From positions 59,024,001-59,088,000 of the forward strand of contig NC_042998.1 of NCBI RefSeq assembly GCF_006345805.1: a DNA stretch of 64,000 nt, given 5' to 3'. The notes beneath the pieces were generated by a model. It was not told where the DNA came from. It made no database searches and saw only the letters and a program-made list of their open reading frames with translations. The stretch comes from Octopus sinensis. Its lineage: Eukaryota. The position numbers were made by a program, and so were the translations under genes. Below are positions 52,750 through 64,000 of the stretch, one piece after another (position 1 is the first letter of the stretch; every line of letters begins with the position of its first letter).

Positions 52750-54200
52750 ACAATATTGACGACTCTTCAGACGTACTGGCTAGGGAAAAATAAGGAAAGG
52801 CTCTGACATTTTCCGGGAGGGAAAGAAAAGTTGCCTCCCATGAGACGGTGTCCGTTGGAGTCGAAGGACATAAGCTGTATGCGGGTACATGTCTTTCGTT
52901 CTAGTTCGAAAAAGGGAATGACAACGTTGCCAAAACAAATTTCCTTTCATAGGGGCAGTCAAGAAATATTTCGCATTTTTAGGTTCAGGAAGTCACCCGG
53001 ATCAAGCGAAATTTTGTGAAGAATTCCTCTGTCGGACTAGCAAAGCTTACACTGCCTACTTCCATTAAAATAAGGCGCAAACTGTTCCAGCAGTTTCGAG
53101 TTGATTTTGGACGGTGTATCTTCCACGTTTAATCAAAGCCTAATATTGTAACAGGGCACTTCTGTTTCATTCTAAAAATGGGTCTGATTATTTAGACCGG
53201 AATTAAACTCTACGTTGTCCCTCCGTTGTTTCTGTGTGTGTGCGCCTCTGTGTAACCGTCCGTTGTTGTTGTTCGATATTGCTATCTCTACTTCGTAGAC
53301 CATGGCTTCTGTGGTGAATTGGCTATTCACTTGGAACCCATTTTTGAACTGGTTAACTGAACTGATCCACAGAGTGCTTTTTGCGTGGCGATCGAACATT
53401 CAATAACAGAGATATCTATGACCCCAGACTCCTATTTATACTAGGTACTCTAAGTAAGAAATACCCATCAACCGGCTTTGGACAATAGTGCGACGACGCT
53501 TTTGCCACCTCTAGAGGCACAAATAGGCACACTCTGAGTAGGATCGGAGAAGACTTGATTTAGACTCTCAATTCCACAAGACTTTATGATGACGCTTTCA
53601 CTTGTGGGTGTAAGCGCCAGGCGTATAGGTGATGCTGTTGAGAGCAAATTTTTCAGTTGTAACACTCGATTTTGGAGCCAGTTCATACGGGTCCTATTGC
53701 AGTTGTCTTACATCAACACAACTTTGTGTCACCCACATGTAGTCTTTAAAAAACTTTATAAGAGGTATAAATTGGAAGATTTTGACTCTATCCTTGAATA
53801 AAGATGTTTTTGATTCTGCAGACCACAACTACAAGAAGGCTCCCGCAGCCAGCGTTTACGGACTGCATCAACTGTACCCCTGGCGCCTACACCCATAAGT
53901 AAAAGTGTCTCCATAAAGTCCTTTGATTCGCCATACCTTTCTAGCACCACATAAAAACCTGTGTGGAAGCTTCTTCCTTAGATTTTGGAATAAGCCTTTT
54001 ACACAAGATGTTAGATATAGGAAATTATTCAATATGCATAAATTGACGGTTTCGTTCAGCTGTGCGACTAGTATCACAGAGGTACGATGCTCATGTAGAT
54101 GGACAGTTAGTGCTTAGCAAATGGTCAATCCAACACAGATACTGCGGTGTAGGAAACATGCGTTATCCAACAACAATAACTACAATAAGAGAAAGATACA
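52750..54200. pseudogene. Possible scrambled Gypsy-like integrase C-terminal remnants
   Basis: Weak similarity (QRLRTA..LAPTP..KSF.SP.LS); one segment is present in both orientations (53578-53645 / 53852-53924). Confidence 0.3.
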
Positions 54201-54274
54201 CACATAGAGAATTATACTGGGGTCATAGAGATCCGCTTTTAGAGTGAGATATGCCATATTATAATATTTATTTC

Positions 54275-54470
54275 AATTTTTAGCATACGACCAGCAATTT
54301 GCGGGGAGGTGTAGTCGAGTACATTCACCCCAGCGTTCACTCGCTAATTATTTTATCGACCGCAGAAAGATAAAAGGCGAAGTCGAACCCGTAGGCACAC
54401 GTACTCGGAATATAAATTCCGAAGAAATGCCGCTAAGCATTGTTCCCAGCAAATAAGGATTCTACCGTAA
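54275..54470 (-). mobile_element. SINE family 3, decayed
   Basis: Similar to 29430-29895. Confidence 0.5.
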
Positions 54471-54825
54471 GCAATGTCATAATATTAGTCAGAAATATAT
54501 AGTGATCTAAAGGGGAAAGAGCGCCGTACAAGTTTCTGTTATTATCCTCTCCCTACTTCTTAATTTTGTCCTCCTTTCGCAACCGGTGTTGCTTTGTTTC
54601 ATGTTTTCTTTCTCTTTAAAACATATTCTTTTTCTGAGCTGCATTCGTCTACGTACGAAGAGCCTATTTCTCCATGCTGTCCGAAACATCGAATGTTCCC
54701 TTCCTACTCTGATATCACCTTACAGCACATTATATGCAGAAACTTTTCCCAGAATTCTGCTTTTTGACACACACACACACACGAGCACATACACAGACAC
54801 AAACACAAACACAAAGATGCACGCG

Positions 54826-54896
<71 letters not shown>

Positions 54897-54919
54897 GGGG
54901 TTTAAGTTTATATATATAT

Positions 54920-55221
54920 CACCGTGACCGACCAGACTATCAGATGTTGCTACACATCGCTCGTCACAATGCGCTTCGCATTGTTTTAGCTTTCAAATGA
55001 CGCCACCCCGCTGGCTAAGCGAGCAGGCCAACAGAAGAAAAAGTGAGAGAAAGTTGTGGCGAAAGAGTACAGCAGGAATTGCCACCACCTCCTGCCGGAG
55101 CCTTGTGGAGCTTTAGGTGTTTTCGCTCAATAAACACTCACAACGCCCGGTCTGGGAATCGAAACCCTGATCCTACAACCGCGATTCCGCAGCCATAATC
55201 ACTGGGCCATTGCTTCTCCAC
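54920..55221 (-). mobile_element. tRNA-derived SINE (family 2 subfamily)
   Basis: Minus-strand head TGGAGAAGCAATGGCCCAGTG..GTTTCGATTCCCAGACCGGGCG, similar to the 18437 head. Confidence 0.7.
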
Positions 55222-55241
55222 ACACACACACACCCACACGC

Positions 55242-55272
<31 letters not shown>

Positions 55273-55322
55273 CATACTTACAAGAATGTTAGAGGTTGTG
55301 AATTCAACCAACTACGGGATAA

Positions 55323-56607
55323 TACGAGGGGCGTTCAATAAGTAATGCCCCTGACCCACTTCCCATAGAAGTAGAGCAACGAAACTTGGCACAGTTATTA
55401 GTCTTTGTCTACATAGGAACCACCCAGAGTTACGCATTTCTCCTATCGTTTGATGCAGCTCTGGAGACCGTTTTTGTAGAATACCCCAGTTTGGTCCTCC
55501 AACCACGACGTGACTTCAGAAATCAAGGCTACATCATCTGGGAAACGCTTTCCTTTCAAAAACAACTTCATGGCTGGGAAGAGGTGAAAATCAGAGGGTG
55601 CAAGGTCAGGAAAGTAGGGGGGATGAGGGAGGAGTTCATAGCCGCACGTCTGTGCTTCTGATCTGGCGACACGCCAGAGCGTTGTCCTGCAGGAGGAGGA
55701 TGCCTTTGCTGATCTTGCCCCGCCTCTTGATTTTGATAGCTCCTCTTAATTTCTTCAAAAGTGAAGCATAATAGGCTCCTGTAATTGTGGTACCCTTTGC
55801 CAGGAAATCTGTCATCACTACTCCGTCCTGGTCCCAGAAGACTGTGAGCATGACCTTGCCAGCGGAGGGCTGCATCCTTGCCTTCTTTGGAGGCGGTGAG
55901 TCACGGTGCTTCCACTGCATTGACTGGGCTTTGGTCTCTGAATCATAGCGATGGACCCAGGTTTCATCCTGTGTAATCAGTCTTTTGAAAAACTTTGACT
56001 CATCTTCTTGGCACATCTCCAAATTCATCCTCGAGCACTCGACGCGTTCTTGCTTCTGGAAAGGTGTGAGCAACCTGGGAATCCATCTGGCAGACACCTT
56101 TCGCATATGCAAATGGTCATGGATGATAGTTTCCACAGACCCGGTACTAATCTTGACCTCATGGGCTATTTGGCGAATAGTTATGCGTCGATCTTCCAAA
56201 ATGGCAGCCTCAACTTGACGGACAGATGCCTCATCAATGACAGAAGGGGGCGACCAGATCTGGGAGCTGTTTCCACAGAGTTCCGACCATGTTTAAATTC
56301 ACGATGCCAGCGTTTTACAAGTTCATATGATGGGGCATCATCATCATAAGTTACTTTCATTTCATCAAAAGTCTCCCGTGGTGTGCGTCCTTTCAAATAC
56401 AAAACCCGGATCACTGCTCGACATTCAACTGGCTCCATTTCACACTTGACTCTGTTCAAACACCTGTAAATCAGAAACTACTGTGAGTTCAGCGCTGTAA
56501 TTTGCCACGTAGTCTATAGAGATATAAATAATTGCACATGTAAAATTTCAGCTAGATCAAATAATTGCAAGTGGATCAGGAGCATTACTTATTGAACGTC
56601 CCTCGTA
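55323..56607 (-). mobile_element. Near full-length mariner (DD34D) transposon, defective transposase at about 56459-55398
   Basis: TIRs TACGAGGGGCGTTCAATAAGTAATGCCCCTGA / TCAGGAGCATTACTTATTGAACGTCCCTCGTA; WIPRLL, QDETW, QDNA, YFPDLAPSD; frameshifts and one stop. Confidence 0.92.
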
Positions 56608-56730
56608 TCTATCCAATATACTGCTGGTAGAATACCGAATTATTAATACACAAGTTTTTTTTATTGCATTGCAATTACATTACCGAGTGTACTAAATAGG
56701 TGAGGGTAAAGAGTTATTTTACCATTAATT

Positions 56731-57193
56731 TATAGAGCAATAAGAAAATGAAGGGGATCAATAGGTGGTTCATCAACTTTTAGACATTCTATTATGTCAA
56801 TTTATTTATTTGTTTACTAAAATGACAAGTATTTATATATATAACTTAACCTTATGTACTTTCTAAAATCTCAGACGAAGCCTAGAGAAACAACCAAGTA
56901 CCTCAATTTCATCTACTAATTACTTCAGTCTACTGGAGGGATAAAGGTAGAATGAAGTATTTTTAACTCTTGGCTGAAACAGCTGTAAGATATTTTCCCA
57001 AATTCTATTCCTGTTTGTTATATATTTTAATAATTACTGGTATCTTTATATATTTTATATGTAAAGCATAATATGTTATACATTTATGTATATTCTTGTA
57101 ATTGTCATTTTAATAAATAAATAAATTGACATAATATAATGTCTATAAATTGAACCACCTATTGATCCCCTCCATTTTCTTATTGCTCTCTAT
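56731..57193 (+). mobile_element. Element with about 80-bp inverted termini enclosing a hammerhead motif with long helix II
   Basis: AGAGCAATAAGAAAATGAAGGGGATCAATAGGTGG / CCACCTATTGATCCCCTCCATTTTCTTATTGCTCT; AAAATCT-CAGACGA-AGCCTAGAG..CTCTTGGCT-GAAA-CAGCTGTA-AGATATTT at 56865-56996. Confidence 0.7.
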
Positions 57194-57234
57194 ACACATA
57201 CAACATATATATAATATATATGTACAGTCATAGC

Positions 57235-57355
57235 TGAATGATTAGAGGCTTTCTTTCCAACCACATGGTTCCGGATTTAGTCCAACAGCGCTGCACCTTG
57301 GGCAAGTGAGCCTTGTGAATGGATTTGGTAAACGGAAACTGAAACAAGCACATCG

Positions 57356-57415
<60 letters not shown>

Positions 57416-57650
57416 ATATACACAACAACAAACACATATATATGTATGAAAATATATTTTTGTGTGTGTGTGTGTGTGTCTTGTCCCCCCCACCATCGCT
57501 TGAAAACCGAGGTTGGTGTGTTTACGTTTTGGCAACAGAGGCCGATAGAATAAGCACTAAGCTGACAAAAGATATGTCCTGGAGTTGATTTCTTCAACTA
57601 AAACCCTTTAAGGCCACAGTCAAATGACTGAAACATGTAAAAGAAAAAAG
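57235..57650 (+). mobile_element. SINE family 1, decayed with deletions
   Basis: Similarity in both halves. Confidence 0.7.
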
Positions 57651-58177
57651 GTATAATATAGAACATATATAATATATAATTTGTGTGTGTGTGCATCCAT
57701 GTGCGTGTGTGTGCGTATCTGTGTGCGTGTGTGTGTGTGTGTGTGTGTCTATGCGCGCGTGTGTGTGCGTGGGTGTGCGTGCACGTGTGTGTGGGTGTGT
57801 CTGTGTGCGCGTGTGAGTAAATACACGCACTGAATGATATATTTCCATCTATGTACATAAAAACACACGAAATCAAACAACATACAAACATACACACATA
57901 TAATTATATTGTTAAAGGTAAACGTTGACAGTTACTTCGAAGTATATAGTCTTTAATAGATTGTCCAATGAAAGCTATATAGACCATACTTCGAATTAAC
58001 TACCTTTATTTTCCTTGTAAGTAAATATAAAAAAAAACAATATTGAAAACTATTGAATAATCCTTCAATTCCTTACACATACAAATACAAATAAATACAC
58101 ATACACACACACAACCATACTTACACACATATATAAATCTATGCTTATAAGCAAACAATAGTAAATGCGTATGTGTG

Positions 58178-58213
<36 letters not shown>

Positions 58214-59084
58214 TGTATGTATGTATTTATGGGTGTGTATGTTTGGACCTGTGGCTAATCTCAATTTACCTCCCCAAACTTCCTCTACTATATATGCCAT
58301 CTATTCTTTTATAAAAACTATCATTTATTTTATTTCATTTAGTTCATTTTAAAGCATTACATTAATATTTATTCCCTGTCTTTTTATTAATTCTTTTTTA
58401 TTATAGATAGCCTATATTGAGGTTCATAATATATTTATTGATGTTTATAATGTGTCTTCTACCCAATTTCCGGTCTATACCCAATTTCCGGTCTATTCTC
58501 AATTTCCTGTATTTTTTTATGTGTATTTAATATATATATATATGCATGGATATTATTTATTTTTAATGGGTTATTTTACTCCGTTCACCCCATCTCAGTT
58601 ACTACTACTCCAATGACCTTTGACATATCAGTCAATACATTTACATCTCAATTTCAAGTCTTTCTCGCTTTCGTCTTTTCAATTTTTTCCATGTCATTCT
58701 ATACCTAAAGGTCAACTATTCTAGCTCTTTTCTGAATATAATTTCCTGTTGTCACCCATAACCACTCACCCTACACGCTAAGTATTTCACGGTATATTGA
58801 TCAAATCCTGACACAAAATCGAACCCAATTCACCAGTCAGTCCTTGTTTTCACTTTACACAATGCTTTCAATAAAATCACTTCGTTTGCCCATTGATTTC
58901 GAAATTCGAAAGAAACATGATCACACATATAAAGGCCATCATCTCATAATACAAATATCTGCCCATTAATAAGGTACTCAATAAATACACGATAAGTGTG
59001 GATTATTGGGAACTAGATCTTAACAAGACAGTTCTCCTGACTTTTAAACCGTTATCTATTACTATACACACACACGTACGCACA

Positions 59085-59142
<58 letters not shown>

Positions 59143-59298
59143 ATATATTCGTTTTGCAAGATTCTTGATGTGAATTCGTGGGTTGAAACAAATAATATTT
59201 TTGGGGATGGTCATGTTGCCAGTTTAGCCAATGAAAACACACGCACTATATATTTGGTGTTCACTTGGTTGAGTTTTATTTTATATTAATTGTATTTT

Positions 59299-59500
59299 GG
59301 TCAGAGTTCTTTCGTAGCATTTCTGTGACTTCATCAGAGGCCATTGCTTTCGTCTTTCTTTTTTTTTCTTGTGTCATCCTTACTACCGATCTGCTATTTT
59401 GTATGGAGGATCGTTACTAAAGAGAGACACAAAACAAAAGAAAGGAGAAAGCAAAGGAGCACTGATTAGGTCACAAAAGTGTGACGAAAGAACTCTGGCC
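59299..59500. ncRNA. Back-to-back pair of hammerhead-like motifs
   Basis: Minus strand 59342-59299 GGCCT-CTGATGA-AGTCAC..AC-GAAA-GAACTC-TGACC; plus strand 59462-59500 CTGATTA-GGTCAC AAAAGT GTGAC-GAAA-GAACTC-TGGCC. Confidence 0.55.
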
Positions 59501-59832
59501 GAAATACAAAAGAAAAGAACGAAAAGAAAAGGGAATAATGATAGCGATATTTGATAGTCAGGGTATGGGGTGGAGGAAGAAATTAAAGTGAGGAAGTGGA
59601 AGGAAAGAATCGAGAGAACGAAGCAAGAGAGAGGAAGAAATGAAAACAACAGCAACTGATGTGGGCTATAAGAGGGGAGGAGTAAGTAAGCTGGTAAGTT
59701 TTTGCTAAGATTTTGCAGCTTTAATAAAGGCATATAACCCTACCTTGGCTATTCAAGTACTATCTTTTCCCATCTTGTTATTCTTTTATGTTTTCTAGTG
59801 TGTGTGTGTGTGTGTGTGTGTATGAATGTATA

Positions 59833-60739
59833 TATTGAGTCCCCCCATAAATAATGCGGGTTTCTTTATACTTTTATTTTTGAAAATTAAGATAAACAAA
59901 GTACTTTATCTAAAATATACTCTCCTTCATTTTCTGCAATGCTCTTCCATCTACCTAGTTGACTTACAAGGCCCCTCTTCTAAAATTCACTTGTCCACGA
60001 GGAAAATACTCCTCCACTATTATTCTGATCTCGTACTTTTTCCATCCAAATGATTCTGAAGACTGTGAAATAAATGATAATCAGATGAGACAATGTCCGG
60101 CGAATACGGTAGGTGGGGCATCGTTTCCCATTCAAACTGCTCCTGCCTTTGGAATGTCTTCGTCTCTCTATGTGGTAGAGCATTATCTTGATGGAAGAAC
60201 ACCTTGTGTTTTGAAACCAAAGATGTTCGTTTTTCTTCTAGTGCTGTCTTGAATGACTGGTTGAATGGCCAAATCCAAGCTTCTCTGCTGGTTCCTCAAC
60301 AGTTACGATGAGATTTTGTTCCATCAGGGTTTGCAGGACGTCATCGTCGAGCTCTACAGATCTTCTTGGACGAGGCTCGTCTTCTAGGCCAGAGTTGCCG
60401 GCTCGGAATTTCTGGAACCACAGTTGACATTGGCTTACGATTATTGTCTGATCCCCATATACTGCAATAATATTTCTCGCACTTCCCCTTGCATTGTTGC
60501 CTTTATTGAAATCATAATGCAAAATATGCCGAATGTATTCCTTTGTCACTTCCAATATAGCTTTGAAAAAATAACTGTTAAAATCGAACTGGACTGTTCA
60601 AAACTTGCATTAAAAGTAAGAATAAGGTAACATTCCTACCTGCTTTTATAGCAAGTTGATGCAGGTAGTTTATGCCGTCCCTTATGAATTTTAGCTCATG
60701 CAATTGAAAACACCGTATTACTTATGGGATGACCCAATA
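59833..60739 (-). mobile_element. Internally deleted mariner transposon
   Basis: TIRs TATTGAGTCCCCCCATAAATAATGCGG / CCGTATTACTTATGGGATGACCCAATA; IRHILHYDFNKG..WFQKFRAG; QDNALPH; PYSPDIVSSDYHLF. Confidence 0.88.
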
Positions 60740-60744
60740 CATAT

Positions 60745-61320
60745 GTGCATGCATATATCATGAGACTTGAAAAGCAGCTCCTTGGGCAGTATTCTTTGTC
60801 AAATAACGTTGAATACATGCCCAAAGATGCCGTATGATTCTATAACATTAGTAATCAAAGCAGTGTATCTTGGACCAATAATCGGATTACTAACTCCCAC
60901 ATTGAAGGAACAGGAAATGTCGACCAAATACCTGATGCACAAAAGGGACGGAGATACAAAAGAGAAAATAGCAAAATGCGATAACCAATGCAAACTCTGT
61001 GGAGTTAACACCGAACATATCAGCCATATTATAAGCAGTTTTCCAAAAATATCATCGTGGTATTATCTACCGGTGAAACATGATGTTGTAGCCAGGCCAC
61101 TGTGCAATTGGATCCGACGGAAAGATAAGCCCGAGGCCAAAGAAATAAGAACCCACTGTATGGTAGAGACTATATCCACTCATAATATGGACTACTGGTG
61201 GAATGACCCAGTGAAAACCTCAATAAAATGTAAACATAATAGAGCTGACATAGTGATTTGGGACAAGGAGAGAAGCTGTGTATGGTAGTAGAAATCAGCT
61301 GCCCAGCGGTTGCACTACAG
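60745..61320 (+). mobile_element. R4/Dong-like LINE fragment (zinc knuckle and restriction-like endonuclease)
   Basis: CKLC..EHISHIISS..YYLPVKHDVVA..WWN..KHNRADIVIWDK..EISCPA. Confidence 0.75.
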
Positions 61321-61467
61321 AATACATCAATAAAATTTTGCAATTTTGTCCACAAATATTTTGCTTCCTTTATATACTGTATTACGGAATATATCTAGAA
61401 ATTGTAGCCAACACTATATAATAGACAAATGTAAATATCTTGACATAATAATGTTTTCAGAGACAGA

Positions 61468-61680
61468 AAGGCGGGGAACTGGCACAACCGTTACAAGCCG
61501 GCAGAAATGCTGTTAAGCATTTCGTTCTTCCTTACATTCTTAGTTAAAATTCCACTGAAGTCGACTGTGCCATTCATCCTTTCAGGGTCGCTAAAATAAG
61601 AACTAGTGAAACACTGGGATCGTTGTAAGTGATTTACACCTTACCTCGAAATGGCTGGCCTTCTGCCAAAATTTGAAATC
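61468..61680 (+). mobile_element. SINE family 3, decayed
   Basis: AGGCGGGGAACTGGCA..GTCGACTGTGCCATTCATCCTTTC. Confidence 0.65.
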
Positions 61681-62064
61681 AATATTTTTTAAGACAGAAA
61701 GAAAGTGACGCCGGACTCGATTCACTTATTCGGTGAGATTTCATCAATAATCGAAAAGTTTTTCTTTGTCCCCGGATATGTTGGCTAAAATCCAGAAATA
61801 TATTTCCTGTGGTACAGTATGACAATGAAAGAAAAAAACGCATGTAGCACAACAACATGTATGTTGCTTTGAGAATACATATGTATGTTGCTGTATGTAT
61901 ACATATAAATAAATATATATATTGTATAAACATTCATGCATACACATACATACATGCATACATGCATGCATACATATATACATACACATATATATATGCA
62001 CATACACACATAAATACACTTACATACACACATGCGCGCACGCACACATATATACATACATACA

Positions 62065-62096
<32 letters not shown>

Positions 62097-62101
62097 CATA
62101 T

Positions 62102-62132
<31 letters not shown>

Positions 62133-62504
62133 CATATATACATACATATAATATGCTGTTAACTTATACTTTTGGCCAACATATTGCAACATGTCCGTAT
62201 AAATAGCACCGGAAAGGCTAATAGCATATATGTCTGTGTATGTGTGTATGTGCTTATATGTGCAACGAGTATGCTTTTGTATATCTATATCAATCTATAC
62301 CCCACCACACGACATATATACGTGTATATATATATGTATATATATATGTGCAGTTTCATCTATATATTTCCATACATTTATGCACACACCTGTATGTCGA
62401 TATATTTTATGTTATCGGTGCACATACACAAACATACACACACACACACACTCACACACACATATATACATACACAACATACACACATACACGCACACAC
62501 ACAC

Positions 62505-62547
<43 letters not shown>

Positions 62548-62558
62548 CATATATATAA

Positions 62559-62596
<38 letters not shown>

Positions 62597-62742
62597 CTTC
62601 TACAATATAAACAAACAACAACACAGGCAAACGTGCGCAGGCATAAACACGCAAACATGCTTTTATATAATTCCCAGTTTTCTAAGAATTTGGCGAAGAT
62701 ATTGCGATAATTTGGACGAATTATAAAGAAACAGCGAATAAG

Positions 62743-62858
62743 TCTATCTATCTATCTATCTATATCTATCTCTCTGCCTCTCTATCTCTCTATCTATCTA
62801 TCTATCTATCTCTCTGCCTCTCTATCTCTCTATCTATCTATCTTTCTATCTATCTATC

Positions 62859-62901
<43 letters not shown>

Positions 62902-62909
62902 ATCTATCT

Positions 62910-62979
<70 letters not shown>

Positions 62980-62992
62980 AATCTATCTATCT
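62743..62992. repeat. (ATCT)n-rich microsatellite
   Basis: Directly visible; abuts the LINE. Confidence 0.95.
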
Positions 62993-64000
62993 CCCGCAGC
63001 TCGTCTCCTTGGACGAACTACAGTCATGGATCAAGCAGAGACCGAGGCTAGGCGAATGGCACCGCGAGTGTCGCGTTGCTCTCAAGCAACTCTGCCGTCC
63101 GGGATCGAACTTGTGCGACTCCATCACAACAAAGGCATTCTATAGAGGATTAGTGGAGGGGAGGTGCGACGACGAACTCGGGCAGAGTCTGGGCGTCGAC
63201 GAGGAACACCTGAACCGCCTGTTCAGGACAACTTTCGGGCCGGGACCTATGAACAATCACCAAAGATCCCTGGCCTGGCAGTGCTATCGAGAAGCATTAC
63301 CTGTTCGGGATAAGCTCTACAGACACGGTTCCAGACACACTGGACCGACTTGCCCGAGATGCGGTCAGAGCGACGAAACCGTTCTGCACGCACTCGTGCA
63401 ATGTCCAACCATTTCCGACCTGTGGGCTTATGCCGAACGGCTGCTGTCACGTGTGGGACGAATCCGCCTATCGGCCGAGTCTATCCTGAGAATTGCTCCG
63501 CCCCCTTCCCTCAACCGGGAAGGCAAGGCAGTTTTCATCGTACTGGTGGCCATGGTGAAAGAATGTGTGTGGTGGACTCGAGCGAAAGGATTAGAGACAA
63601 ACACTTACCTCTCTGGCCAATCGCTCATCAACTTTTTCAAGTACCACTTGAAAAGGAAGGTGAGAATGGAGAGGGAAGTTTTGTCTCGCGAAAGATTCAA
63701 AAAAAGATGGGTGAATGTTGCAAAGATGGTGCGTGCTAGTAACGAAACCATTTTGAGCATGATCCTGTAGATCGTGAAAAAGAAAGAAAGAGAGCATTTT
63801 TGACCTCATGTGTTTATTTCCTCCCTGACTGGGGTTCCCGTGGTCTTTTCTGTAGGCGTTTCTTCCCACGGATGAACCCAATCTTGTTATATCAATGTTT
63901 ACACCATTATTTCTGTGATACACGATTTTCCTTTTTTTCCTTTTTTTTCCTCCTCTCGATCCCTTTTGATCGCAATCTTACATTTTTTAATTTTTTTCCA
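62993..64000 (+). mobile_element. 5'-truncated Tx1/L1-clade LINE: ORF2 C-terminus (stop at 63770) and 3' UTR running off the window
   Basis: Closely similar to 19660-20211; CPRC..ETVLHALVQC zinc knuckle; frame open to the stop. Confidence 0.88.

Noticed and set aside
58440-59000. Possible PLE endonuclease remnant
   Set aside because: No motif could be read with confidence
1459-62710. Many ORFs rich in YI/CV/HT/LSIY or poly-K, L, I, T
   Set aside because: They are translations of microsatellites and SINEs with no protein signal

Overview
AT-rich, microsatellite-dense eukaryotic DNA. The SINE repertoire and the (TA)n/(TG)n/(ATCT)n/(TAA)n load suggest an octopus or other coleoid cephalopod; this is an inference. 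I found no intact host protein-coding gene, and nearly all listed ORFs are microsatellite translations. The window is a mosaic of mobile DNA: three tRNA-derived SINE families, Tx1/L1-like LINE pieces abutting (ATCT)n, R4/Dong-like, RTE and CR1-like LINE ends, two decayed Penelope-like elements (PLEs), several Tc1/mariner elements, a non-autonomous Helitron and a MITE. The most notable unannotated signal is about a dozen type-I hammerhead-ribozyme (HHR) motifs from several families. They have palindromic helix III, often a greatly extended helix II, and show compensatory base changes between copies. Many sit in short fold-back elements beside (TA)n, and one lies directly behind a PLE ORF. A second signal is a Tx1-like LINE that may target (ATCT)n. 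All alignments and folds were read by eye and repeat boundaries are approximate.
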